Notes: generated from the sequence alone by a model not told the origin. Shown: positions 1-8,504, counted from the stretch's first letter. The stretch: 33,830 bases of DNA from a virus (IMGVR_UViG_2740892219_000011); one strand, 5' to 3'. Made by a program: numbers and translations.

Positions 1-525
1 TTATACAGCTTTCTTTACATCGTTTTCTCTTACAGGGAAATTATGTTCTTTGCCTTCATACTGAGACAAAATCTCTCTCACTTTTTCCGGTGGTAATGCC
101 TGAAGAGTTTGCAGGGTTTTCTGTTGCTCCACAGTAATCCCTAATGCCTCTAATGCCTTATCTTTACTGACAATTGTAGGCATAAGTCCTTTAATCCCTG
201 CTACACGAATGATCTCCACTGCTGCGGCCTGCTCATCTGGTGTTAAGAAACTCATTGCATAAATTAGCCTCTCATCAACTGTATGGACGATTGATGTATG
301 CACTGGTTTATCAGAAAGTGAGGCTCCTTTAATGGCCCTGCGTGTTTCTTCTGGCAGACTGTTGATGTGATACTCATAAGCGACACCTTTCCCACCGTGA
401 CGCTGACGTTTTACCCAATCTTCCGCCACAGCTTTCCTGGTAATGTTAGTCGCCAACTTTGGTACACCAGGCATCCCTTCCAGCTCTTTCGCATTAAACC
501 ATTCTTTGATTTCAAAAGACATCAT
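1..525 (-). CDS. c: Mu-family immunity repressor, 174 aa; stop codon is at window positions 1-3
   Basis: Complete ORF divergent from ner across a 185-bp AT-rich control region. C-terminal segment LQALPPEKVREILSQYEG...VKKAV resembles the Mu Repc C-terminus as I recall it; N-terminus differs from Mu (D108-like immunity?). Confidence 0.8.
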   Translation of the reverse strand: MMSFEIKEWFNAKELEGMPGVPKLATNITRKAVAEDWVKRQRHGGKGVAYEYHINSLPEETRRAIKGASLSDKPVHTSIVHTVDERLIYAMSFLTPDEQAAAVEIIRVAGIKGLMPTIVSKDKALEALGITVEQQKTLQTLQALPPEKVREILSQYEGKEHNFPVRENDVKKAV

Positions 526-710
526 TTAAAATCCTAGTGATTTCAATAGAGACAAAATAAATTCATATAAAAATCATGCTGTTATATGAAATCATGATAA
601 ATCCTTTCAAATCACTATTGATTTAAAAATGATTCCACACTACATTGCACGATATGCCGTGAGCTACTTTATAGCGTAGCTCACGGGGGAATCTGAAAGG
701 ATTACATGAA
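526..710. promoter_or_regulatory. Divergent c/ner operator-promoter region (early promoter, repressor promoter, repressor and Ner operators; transposition enhancer expected here in Mu-type phages)
   Basis: AT-rich intergenic region between divergent c and ner. Contains several copies of TGATTTC/GAAATCA (e.g. near 541-551, 583-598, 608-635) and the dyad AAATCACTATTGATTT. Confidence 0.7.
657..686. promoter_or_regulatory. Perfect 11-bp inverted repeat CCGTGAGCTAC-N8-GTAGCTCACGG; candidate Ner operator
   Basis: Dyad read directly from the sequence, about 25 bp upstream of the ner ATG. Matches my recollection of the D108 Ner site (two 11-bp inverted repeats separated by 8 AT-rich bp). Confidence 0.6.
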
Positions 711-932
711 ATGCATATGAATAAAAGAACTAACCGCCAAGATTGGCACAGAGCTGACATCGTTGCAGAGCTACGAAAACGCAATATGTCACTAGCTGAA
801 TTGGGAAGATCTAATCATCTTTCGTCTTCAACATTAAAAAATGCTTTGGATAAGAGATATCCGAAAGCGGAGAAAATCATTGCAGATGCACTGGGAATGA
901 CACCGCAAGATATTTGGCCGTCTCGATACTAG
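711..932 (+). CDS. ner: Ner-type DNA-binding early regulator, 73 aa
   Basis: Small ORF immediately upstream of transposase A; DWHRADI...IWPSRY motifs typical of the Ner family; D108-like rather than Mu-like N-terminus. Confidence 0.85.
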   Translation: MHMNKRTNRQDWHRADIVAELRKRNMSLAELGRSNHLSSSTLKNALDKRYPKAEKIIADALGMTPQDIWPSRY

Positions 933-939
933 GTGCGCT

Positions 940-2928
940 ATGAAAGAATGGTATACAGCAAAAGAGTTGCTCGGTTTGGCAGGTTTACCAAAGCAAGCCA
1001 CTAACATTACACGTAAGGCACAAAGAGAAGGCTGGGAGTTCAGGCAGGTTGCAGGGACTAAAGGTGTATCATTTGAATTCAATATCAAATCATTCCCTGT
1101 CGCATTACGTGCTGAAATTCTGTTGCAACAAGGGAGAATTGAAACAAGTCAGGGGTATTTTGAAATCGCCCGCCCCACGCTGGAAGCCCATGATTATGAT
1201 CGTGAGGCACTGTGGAGCAAATGGGATAACGCCAGCGATTCCCAGCGCAGACTTGCTGAAAAATGGTTGCCTGCGGTTCAGGCTGCAGACGAAATGCTGA
1301 ACCAGGGGATTTCAACGAAAACGGCTTTTGCGACCGTTGCAGGGCATTACCAGGTCAGCGCATCCACTTTGCGGGACAAGTATTACCAGGTACAGAAGTT
1401 TGCGAAGCCTGACTGGGCGGCTGCACTTGTTGATGGACGTGGAGCATCCCGTCGCAATGTTCACAAAAGTGAATTTGACGAGGATGCCTGGCAGTTTCTG
1501 ATTGCAGATTATCTGCGACCGGAAAAACCCGCCTTCCGCAAATGTTATGAGCGTCTGGAACTGGCAGCCCGCGAGCATGGCTGGAGTATTCCCTCCCGTG
1601 CCACGGCCTTTCGCCGGATTCAGCAACTGGACGAGGCAATGGTTGTTGCCTGTCGTGAAGGTGAACATGCACTGATGCATCTGATACCGGCACAGCAGCG
1701 AACTGTGGAACACCTGGACGCCATGCAGTGGATCAACGGCGACGGTTATCTGCATAACGTCTTTGTACGCTGGTTTAACGGTGATGTGATCCGTCCGAAA
1801 ACATGGTTCTGGCAGGATGTGAAAACCCGAAAAATTCTGGGCTGGCGCTGCGATGTGAGCGAGAACATTGATTCAATTCGCCTCTCGTTCATGGATGTTG
1901 TGACTCGCTACGGTATCCCGGAGGATTTTCACATCACCATTGATAACACCCGTGGTGCTGCGAATAAATGGCTGACGGGAGGCGCGCCCAATCGCTACCG
2001 CTTTAAGGTAAAAGAGGACGATCCAAAAGGACTGTTTTTACTGATGGGGGCGAAAATGCACTGGACAAGCGTTGTTGCCGGTAAAGGCTGGGGCCAGGCA
2101 AAACCTGTTGAACGTGCTTTCGGTGTTGGTGGGCTTGAGGAATACGTTGATAAGCATCCGGCACTGGCTGGCGCATATACGGGGCCTAATCCGCAGGCAA
2201 AACCTGATAACTATGGCGACCGCGCTGTTGATGCAGAGCTGTTTCTGAAAACCCTTGCCGAAGGTGTGGCGATGTTCAATGCCAGAACAGGCCGTGAAAC
2301 AGAAATGTGCGGAGGCAAACTTTCGTTTGATGACGTTTTTGAGCGTGAATACGCCAGAACGATTGTGCGTAAGCCTACCGAAGAGCAAAAACGGATGCTG
2401 TTACTGCCTGCCGAGGCAGTGAACGTTTCACGTAAAGGCGAGTTCGCGCTTAAAGTTGGTGGCTCCCTTAAAGGTGCGAAAAACGTTTATTACAACATGG
2501 CGTTAATGAATGCCGGAGTAAAAAAAGTTGTGGTCAGATTTGATCCACAGCAGTTACACAGCACGGTTTATTGCTACACCCTTGACGGTCGGTTTATCTG
2601 TGAAGCGGAATGTCTGGCACCTGTTGCGTTTAATGATGCTGCGGCAGGCCGTGAATATCGCCGCCGCCAGAAACAACTGAAATCTGCGACGAAAGCAGCA
2701 ATTAAGGCACAGAAACAAATGGATGCACTGGAAGTGGCAGAGCTGCTGCCGCAGATAGCCGAACCTGAAGCACCAGAATCACGAATTGTCGGCATTTTCC
2801 GGCCTTCCGGTAATACGGAACGAGTGAAGAATCAGGAGCGTGATGATGAATACGAAACTGAGCGTGATGAATATCTGAATCATTCGCTGGATATTCTGGA
2901 ACAGAACAGACGTAAAAAAGCCATTTAA
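940..2928 (+). CDS. A: Transposase MuA (DDE transposase), 662 aa
   Basis: Length, position after ner, and long stretches (e.g. [38 protein letters not shown]..., [19 protein letters not shown]) recognisable as MuA; N-terminal about 60 aa diverge, as expected for a different enhancer/operator specificity. Confidence 0.95.
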   Translation: MKEWYTAKELLGLAGLPKQATNITRKAQREGWEFRQVAGTKGVSFEFNIKSFPVALRAEILLQQGRIETSQGYFEIARPTLEAHDYDREALWSKWDNASDSQRRLAEKWLPAVQAADEMLNQGISTKTAFATVAGHYQVSASTLRDKYYQVQKFAKPDWAAALVDGRGASRRNVHKSEFDEDAWQFLIADYLRPEKPAFRKCYERLELAAREHGWSIPSRATAFRRIQQLDEAMVVACREGEHALMHLIPAQQRTVEHLDAMQWINGDGYLHNVFVRWFNGDVIRPKTWFWQDVKTRKILGWRCDVSENIDSIRLSFMDVVTRYGIPEDFHITIDNTRGAANKWLTGGAPNRYRFKVKEDDPKGLFLLMGAKMHWTSVVAGKGWGQAKPVERAFGVGGLEEYVDKHPALAGAYTGPNPQAKPDNYGDRAVDAELFLKTLAEGVAMFNARTGRETEMCGGKLSFDDVFEREYARTIVRKPTEEQKRMLLLPAEAVNVSRKGEFALKVGGSLKGAKNVYYNMALMNAGVKKVVVRFDPQQLHSTVYCYTLDGRFICEAECLAPVAFNDAAAGREYRRRQKQLKSATKAAIKAQKQMDALEVAELLPQIAEPEAPESRIVGIFRPSGNTERVKNQERDDEYETERDEYLNHSLDILEQNRRKKAI

Positions 2929-2966
2929 TTAACGTTTAAACAAAATTTAATTACGAGGTTATTCAG

Positions 2967-3905
2967 ATGAATATTTCCGATATTCGCGCAGGACTGCGCA
3001 CGCTTGTAGAAAATGAAGAAACCACCTTTAAACAAATTGCTCTTGAGAGCGGACTTTCTACCGGAACTATCAGTAGTTTTATCAATGATAAGTACAACGG
3101 GGATAACGAGCGTGTTTCACAAATGCTGCAACGCTGGCTGGAAAAATATCATGCAGTTGCAGAACTACCTGAACCGCCCCGCTTTGTGGAAACGCAGACG
3201 GTAAAACAAATCTGGACAAGTATGCGTTTTGCCAGCCTGACTGAAAGTATTGCTGTTGTATGTGGCAATCCTGGTGTGGGCAAAACCGAAGCGGCCCGTG
3301 AATATCGCCGCACCAATAACAATGTCTGGATGATCACCATTACGCCATCCTGTGCCAGCGTTCTGGAATGTCTTACTGAACTGGCGTTTGAGCTGGGAAT
3401 GAATGACGCACCACGCCGTAAAGGGCCGCTCTCCCGCGCCCTGCGACGTCGCCTTGAAGGTACACAGGGGCTGGTTATCATCGACGAAGCTGATCATCTT
3501 GGTGCCGAAGTTCTGGAAGAACTCCGCCTGTTACAGGAATCAACCCGTATTGGCCTTGTGCTGATGGGAAATCACCGGGTTTATTCAAATATGACGGGGG
3601 GTAACAGAACGGTTGAATTTGCCCGTCTGTTTTCCCGTATTGCAAAGCGCACTGCAATTAATAAAACCAAAAAAGCCGATGTAAAAGCTATTGCGGATGC
3701 CTGGCAGATTAACGGCGAAAAAGAACTGGAGTTATTACAGCAGATTGCGCAGAAACCAGGTGCGCTTCGCATTCTGAATCATTCACTTCGCCTTGCCGCC
3801 ATGACGGCTCACGGTAAAGGTGAGCGTGTTAACGAAGATTATCTGCGTCAGGCTTTCCGTGAATTAGACCTGGACGTTGATATTTCAACGCTGCTGCGTA
3901 ATTAA
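2967..3905 (+). CDS. B: MuB ATP-dependent target DNA activator, 312 aa
   Basis: Walker A GNPGVGKT and Walker B LVIIDEADHL visible; size and position downstream of A match MuB. Confidence 0.9.
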   Translation: MNISDIRAGLRTLVENEETTFKQIALESGLSTGTISSFINDKYNGDNERVSQMLQRWLEKYHAVAELPEPPRFVETQTVKQIWTSMRFASLTESIAVVCGNPGVGKTEAAREYRRTNNNVWMITITPSCASVLECLTELAFELGMNDAPRRKGPLSRALRRRLEGTQGLVIIDEADHLGAEVLEELRLLQESTRIGLVLMGNHRVYSNMTGGNRTVEFARLFSRIAKRTAINKTKKADVKAIADAWQINGEKELELLQQIAQKPGALRILNHSLRLAAMTAHGKGERVNEDYLRQAFRELDLDVDISTLLRN

Positions 3906-3920
3906 GAAGGAGAAGAAATT

Positions 3921-4148
3921 ATGATGGCCCGAAATATAAAAATGGCAACGGATGCGCAGAACTGGTTACAGGCGCGCGGGAGTCATGTAAATGAATCATA
4001 TCTCGGCGTGGCGCGTCCGATTCTTGAAATCACTTACCCACCGGTGGAACTGGTAAAAAACGCGGTCAGAATTATGGAGCATAAGTCCGGGGTGGCCCGT
4101 TCTGTATGGACGGCCCGTCTTAATGGTTGCCAGATTATCTGGAGATAA
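3921..4148 (+). CDS. kil: Small early protein, Kil-like (host killing / cell-division inhibition), 75 aa
   Basis: First gene after B with RBS AAGGAGAAGAAATT; position and size match Mu kil as I recall. Function not verifiable from sequence alone. Confidence 0.6.
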
Positions 4149-4150
4149 CG

Positions 4151-4381
4151 ATGTGTATTAAAGCTGAAAAATATATTGAATGGGTTAAACACTGTCAGTG
4201 CCACGGGTTGCCGCTGACGACATATAAATGCCCCGGATGTGGTGAACAGATTATGACGCAATGCTCACCCGAAAAGGAAATTCGGGATTCCCTGACATGT
4301 TGTCCGTGGTGCAGCGCGGTTTTCTTTAAGCAGGTAAAAGGCGCGAAGGTAAAAGCCAGCGCAGTTATTCAGAATCAATAA
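4151..4381 (+). CDS. Cys-rich small early protein (putative zinc-binding), 76 aa
   Basis: ORF with RBS GGAGATAA 6 nt upstream of ATG 4151; multiple Cys pairs (CQCH, CPGCG, CCPWC). The upstream start at 4127 lacks an RBS. Confidence 0.6.
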   Translation: MCIKAEKYIEWVKHCQCHGLPLTTYKCPGCGEQIMTQCSPEKEIRDSLTCCPWCSAVFFKQVKGAKVKASAVIQNQ

Positions 4382-4392
4382 GGAGAAACAAA

Positions 4393-4662
4393 ATGGCAAA
4401 GGTTATCTTTGAGTTTACATGGCTGGAAAGTAGTGACGGTTGCAATGGGCGCAGAGAAGTTCTGGATGCAAAAGCATGTCTTGCAGATATCTCGCCAACG
4501 GAAAATACCGGGCCTCATGATTTACTGGCAAATATCGTCCTGACTATGGCTCCTGAAATTATTAAAAAGGCCAAAGATGAGATGCTGACCACTATGAAGA
4601 AAGTGGGTATGGAAGCTGAATGTGATTTAGTACCACATCCGGTGAATGCGGTTAAACATTAA
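4393..4662 (+). CDS. Hypothetical early protein, 89 aa
   Basis: ORF preceded by strong RBS AAGGAGAAA; tight spacing in the early operon. Confidence 0.65.
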   Translation: MAKVIFEFTWLESSDGCNGRREVLDAKACLADISPTENTGPHDLLANIVLTMAPEIIKKAKDEMLTTMKKVGMEAECDLVPHPVNAVKH

Positions 4663-4682
4663 TTCGCAAAGGAACGCTGACA

Positions 4683-5102
4683 ATGAACGTCAAAATCCGA
4701 AATGAAATTCAGGCATTAATCCGAATTCAGGAACGCAATAACAACGGTGGTGAATTACGCGAGTTTATTTGCGCCAGGAAAGTTGATGATTGTGGTGAAA
4801 AGACGTACCTGATTGCTTTCGACCATTACAGCATCTGTGCGCGTTATTGCGGCGAAAGCATATCCCGCGCCATTGCATTTGGAGGTGCGTTCAACGTGGA
4901 TTTATGGGAGTACGTCATGGACCGGGAATACATCTGCGCATCAGACCCTGAAGCCCGTGAAATGTGGCAGCGTATCTGGCGCGATTACCGGTTAATGGCA
5001 AAAGGCTGGGCGCGCTGCTGTTATTCCTCGCTTGCCCTGAAAGCGGTTCAGTTATCGCTGCGACATATTCCGGCACCACTGCGCGAGCCTCTGCTGTACT
5101 GA
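4683..5102 (+). CDS. Hypothetical early protein, 139 aa
   Basis: ORF with RBS AAAGGAACG; co-oriented in the early operon. Confidence 0.6.
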   Translation: MNVKIRNEIQALIRIQERNNNGGELREFICARKVDDCGEKTYLIAFDHYSICARYCGESISRAIAFGGAFNVDLWEYVMDREYICASDPEAREMWQRIWRDYRLMAKGWARCCYSSLALKAVQLSLRHIPAPLREPLLY

Positions 5103-5402
5103 ATGGTGGCTGACATGAAGTGTAATCGTAAGCGCTGGTCACGCGAAGACCGGGAATTTATCGAAGCCAACGTCGGGAAAATGACCGTTGAAGAAATGGC
5201 GGAAAAACTGAAAGTCGCCACAACCGCCCTCCGGGCACATGCCAGAAGGCACGGAATATCATTGTGTGTATACCGAATCAGTGAGCACGACAAATATTTG
5301 TGTCGTGAACTTTATAAAGAAGGGCTGGATATTCATGTCATTGCCCGAAAGATGGAATTAAGCAATCGGGCTGTATCCAGCATTGTATACAGCGGATATT
5401 AA
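5103..5402 (+). CDS. Hypothetical early protein, 99 aa, possible helix-turn-helix
   Basis: ATG overlaps the preceding stop (TGAATG). Segment MTVEEMAEKLKVATTALRAHARRHG looks HTH-like. An alternative start at 5115 is possible. Confidence 0.55.
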   Translation: MVADMKCNRKRWSREDREFIEANVGKMTVEEMAEKLKVATTALRAHARRHGISLCVYRISEHDKYLCRELYKEGLDIHVIARKMELSNRAVSSIVYSGY

Positions 5403-5421
5403 TTAACAGGAGCTTTAATTT

Positions 5422-5946
5422 ATGGCTAAACCAGCAAAACGTATCAAAAGTGCCGCAGCGGCTTATGTGCCACAAAACCGCGATGCGGTGATTACCGATA
5501 TTAAACGCATCGGGGATTTACAGCGCGAAGCATCACGTCTGGAAACGGAAATGAATGATGCCATCGCGGAAATTACGGAGAAATTTGCAGCCCGGATTGC
5601 ACCGATTAAAACCGATATTGAAACCCTTTCAAAAGGTGTTCAGGGATGGTGTGAAGCGAACCGCGACGAACTGACAAACGGCGGCAAAGTGAAGACGGCG
5701 AATCTTGTCACCGGTGATGTATCGTGGCGGGTCCGTCCACCCTCAGTAAGTATTCGTGGTATGGATGCAGTGATGGAAACGCTGGAGCGTCTTGGCCTGC
5801 AACGCTTTATTCGCACGAAGCAGGAAATCAACAAGGAAGCGATTTTACTGGAACCGAAAGCGGTCGCAAGTGTTGCCGGAATTACAGTTAAATCGGGAAT
5901 TGAAGATTTTTCCATTATTCCGTTTGAACAGGAAGCCGGTATTTAA
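5422..5946 (+). CDS. gam: Gam host-nuclease inhibitor (Ku-like DNA-end-binding protein), 174 aa
   Basis: Sequence MAKPAKRIKSAAAAYVPQNRDAVITDIKRIGDLQREASRLE... is recognisable as Mu Gam, near-identical as far as I can recall. Confidence 0.92.
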   Translation: MAKPAKRIKSAAAAYVPQNRDAVITDIKRIGDLQREASRLETEMNDAIAEITEKFAARIAPIKTDIETLSKGVQGWCEANRDELTNGGKVKTANLVTGDVSWRVRPPSVSIRGMDAVMETLERLGLQRFIRTKQEINKEAILLEPKAVASVAGITVKSGIEDFSIIPFEQEAGI

Positions 5947-6044
5947 TACCACCATTAATATTTAATTAATTCACATTCTTTTAATTATGGCGCGATGCGT
6001 CAGGGGATTGCTCGCGCCTGAAACAGATTACTGAGGAATAAAAC

Positions 6045-6575
6045 ATGGTTGATGCAAAAATTCTGAATGGTGTCAGCACATTATTACGGGCTTACGGACG
6101 CCTGACCTGCGGAGTTCTGGCTGAAAAAATGAATATGCTGCCCTCGTCAATGGTGTATTTCCTGCGTGATGCAGTTGATGCCGGAGTGCTCACCGAATGC
6201 AACGGATTTTATGACGTTCCGCGCCCGCGTCCGACGCCGCCTGTAAGACGAAACGTAACTGAGCAGCCTGCTGTTGATGATGCGGTGTGGTGCAACTGGC
6301 GTCGCTCATTACCCTGGGTGGAAGGTAATACCATCCCCGCGCTGGCAAAAGAGTTTGCGACGGGCGTACTGACCTGTGAATCCGTTCACATCGTTGCAGA
6401 AGTGGACAACAGCATGTGCGAACAGGGTATGCCCCGTTTTGTGATGGCTTATATCGATATCCGGCTTGGGCGTTTTATTTGCAGTTCAAGCGCCTGGAAT
6501 ATCACCGACCATGTACTGCGTTATCTCATTCTTGATTGTTCTCCGGTTCCCGCAGCGGTGCAGGAGGTGGCGTGA
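6045..6575 (+). CDS. Hypothetical early protein, 176 aa
   Basis: ORF with RBS GAGGAATAAAAC upstream of the ATG. Confidence 0.6.
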   Translation: MVDAKILNGVSTLLRAYGRLTCGVLAEKMNMLPSSMVYFLRDAVDAGVLTECNGFYDVPRPRPTPPVRRNVTEQPAVDDAVWCNWRRSLPWVEGNTIPALAKEFATGVLTCESVHIVAEVDNSMCEQGMPRFVMAYIDIRLGRFICSSSAWNITDHVLRYLILDCSPVPAAVQEVA

Positions 6576-7105
6576 TGTTTTTTAAAACGTCAAATTCCGC
6601 AGCACTGCTGGCATGGGACCAGTTTATGGCGGACTGCCTGAAACTACGCGAAGAAGCCCGCCATCTTGATAAGGTTCTGGGCTGTGGTTGCCGGTCAGTA
6701 TTCAGCACAGGTATTGGTGGGCGTCATTTTCATGGCGTGAATTTTCCGGGGAATGAGCGCCCCTTCTCGCGGGAGCTGTGGACCGTACAACGGCCCGCAT
6801 CAGGTAACAGTTGCAGGCCCAGAACTTCACGGATACCTGCTCATCTCAGGGAGCAGGCAAGAGAGCTGGCGAAAATATGGCAGGAGAATATTCCGGTCAC
6901 TTACGCCCGCACAGACGCTCTTTTACCCGCACTGGGACTGGATTTCAGCGCAACAATATTCGGGCCGCTCCAGTGGTTCCGTGTTGGTGATGTGATTTAC
7001 GTCATGACGGGGATGACACCCGCACAAGGCCGCATGACTGAAATCCTTTCTGACGAATTTATCCGGGCGCAAAAACAGGCGGAGGTAAACAATGGAAAAC
7101 AATGA
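6575..7105 (+). CDS. Hypothetical early protein, 176 aa
   Basis: Internal ATG at 6575 preceded by AGGAGG and overlapping the upstream stop (GTGATG); the longer ORF from 6536 lacks an RBS. Confidence 0.55.
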   Translation: MFFKTSNSAALLAWDQFMADCLKLREEARHLDKVLGCGCRSVFSTGIGGRHFHGVNFPGNERPFSRELWTVQRPASGNSCRPRTSRIPAHLREQARELAKIWQENIPVTYARTDALLPALGLDFSATIFGPLQWFRVGDVIYVMTGMTPAQGRMTEILSDEFIRAQKQAEVNNGKQ

Positions 7106-7284
7106 AAAACAATGAAACATCGTATTCGTGGCTGGGGAAATTTACCACGGTGAAACAGGAATGCCCGACCTGCGGTAATGAATCTCCTGAATATCTGAAA
7201 GAGTGCCCTCATTGTGGCGGGCAGAAATGCAACCACTGCGATATGGGCGATGACACGGCGTGCATGAATTGTGAAGGTGAATAA
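7102..7284 (+). CDS. Zinc-ribbon protein, 60 aa, four CxxC motifs
   Basis: CPTCG...CPHCGG...CNHCD...CMNCEG. Start overlaps the upstream stop (ATGA) inside a decamer tandem repeat. Confidence 0.6.
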   Translation: MKNNETSYSWLGKFTTVKQECPTCGNESPEYLKECPHCGGQKCNHCDMGDDTACMNCEGE

Positions 7285-7285
7285 T

Positions 7286-7576
7286 ATGAATAATGAAACT
7301 AAATTTACGCCTAAAGACCTGGATGAAGAACTGGTGAAAGCTAAGATGCTTGAGCGTATGCGCGATGTTATTGAGACTGCAATCAGTAAAGGCTTTTCTG
7401 CGAGAGAGGCCCTTGAAATTATGACACGGGAAATTCATCTCATACGCGACGAAGTTTTGTTGCATAACAAAAAAGCCCACAACAATATTGTTTGTCGTGA
7501 GCTTGGCGTTGATGATTCAGCGGTTATTCCACAGCGTCAGTATCTGTGTGCTCTGATGAGAGGTTCCCGGCATTAA
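7286..7576 (+). CDS. Hypothetical early protein, about 96 aa
   Basis: ATG 7286 preceded by GAAGGTGA. Its 3' end overlaps the convergent minus-strand ORF by about 53 nt, so one of the two calls may be wrong. Confidence 0.45.
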   Translation: MNNETKFTPKDLDEELVKAKMLERMRDVIETAISKGFSAREALEIMTREIHLIRDEVLLHNKKAHNNIVCRELGVDDSAVIPQRQYLCALMRGSRH

Positions 7577-7883
7577 CAATATCCTGCCTTGAAGCCCAGA
7601 GCTTATTGAGCAGCAGATCAACATACTCATCGGCCTCAAAATCCAGTTCTTCGAACGTTTTTCGGTTCTTATAGCTGGCCTGTGTATTTCTGATGATGTC
7701 ATAAGCATCGTGCATGTTGATAACACCGTTTTCAATCAGCTTAATCATCAGATTACCGACCAGCATAAAACCGGTTATACCAAAGAATTTATCCTGGTTA
7801 TTAACAGGGGTGTCTTTCTGGTTTGTTTCGAAATCTGGGTTTTGTTCATCATCCGACACCGTATGTTGTTCTTGTTCAGCCAT
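7524..7883 (-). CDS. Reverse-oriented, highly acidic hypothetical protein, 119 aa
   Basis: Minus-strand ORF with RBS AAGGAAAT 5-7 nt upstream of its ATG. Hand count gives about 24 Asp/Glu versus about 9 Lys/Arg; composition is protein-like. It is the only clearly protein-like frame across 7577-7952 and sits in an AT-richer stretch. Confidence 0.55.
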   Translation of the reverse strand: MAEQEQHTVSDDEQNPDFETNQKDTPVNNQDKFFGITGFMLVGNLMIKLIENGVINMHDAYDIIRNTQASYKNRKTFEELDFEADEYVDLLLNKLWASRQDIVNAGNLSSEHTDTDAVE

Positions 7884-7952
7884 AATATTTCCTTTTATGT
7901 TATTACTGAATATGGCGGTGTTGCAGCACCGCCTCTTTCCGGAGGTACGATC

Positions 7953-8504
7953 ATGAGTCGCACATCCCTGATTAAATTAATCCATGTCGCCCGTCGGGAG
8001 CTACAACTCGACGACGACACTTACCGCGCTTTTCTGATGCAGAAAACGGGCAAAATCAGTTGCCGCGAGCTTACGGTTACGCAACTGGAACAGGTGCTCG
8101 ATGCCATGAAAGAACGCGGCTTTAAGAAGCTGAATAAATACCCCCGTCGCCGCTTTAAGGAACATGTCACACCCCGCGAGAAGGTGTATAAAATCTGGCA
8201 GCAGATGGCAGAAGACGGTTTTATTACCGATGGCGGTGATGTGGCGCTGGACAGATATGTTCAACGCCTGACCGCGAAACGCAACGGCGGACAGGGTGTT
8301 TCCACACTGGCGTGGTGTCATGGCGACACGCTGCTGACAGTCCTCGAAACACTCAAACAGTGGCACATCCGCTGTATTCGTGAAGCCTTTTCCCGTCACG
8401 GGCTTCCATTGCCGGTCAGTCCGTCCGGTCGTGAACTGCGCGGCTATGATGCCATGACGGCGGCTTATGCCCATGCCAGAAAGACACAGAGGATGGCACA
8501 ATGA
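7953..8504 (+). CDS. gemA: GemA-like early protein, 183 aa
   Basis: ATG 7953 preceded by GGAGG at 7941-7945; position directly upstream of mor. The long ORF from 7710 is an artefactual upstream extension. Confidence 0.75.
   Translation: MSRTSLIKLIHVARRELQLDDDTYRAFLMQKTGKISCRELTVTQLEQVLDAMKERGFKKLNKYPRRRFKEHVTPREKVYKIWQQMAEDGFITDGGDVALDRYVQRLTAKRNGGQGVSTLAWCHGDTLLTVLETLKQWHIRCIREAFSRHGLPLPVSPSGRELRGYDAMTAAYAHARKTQRMAQ

Noticed and set aside
7710-7952. Upstream extension of the gemA ORF (and the 80-aa + ORF at 7714-7956)
   Set aside because: No RBS; translated sequence is hydrophobic and Cys/Phe-rich and lies antisense to the better-supported acidic minus-strand ORF; gemA has a strong GGAGG-ATG start at 7953.
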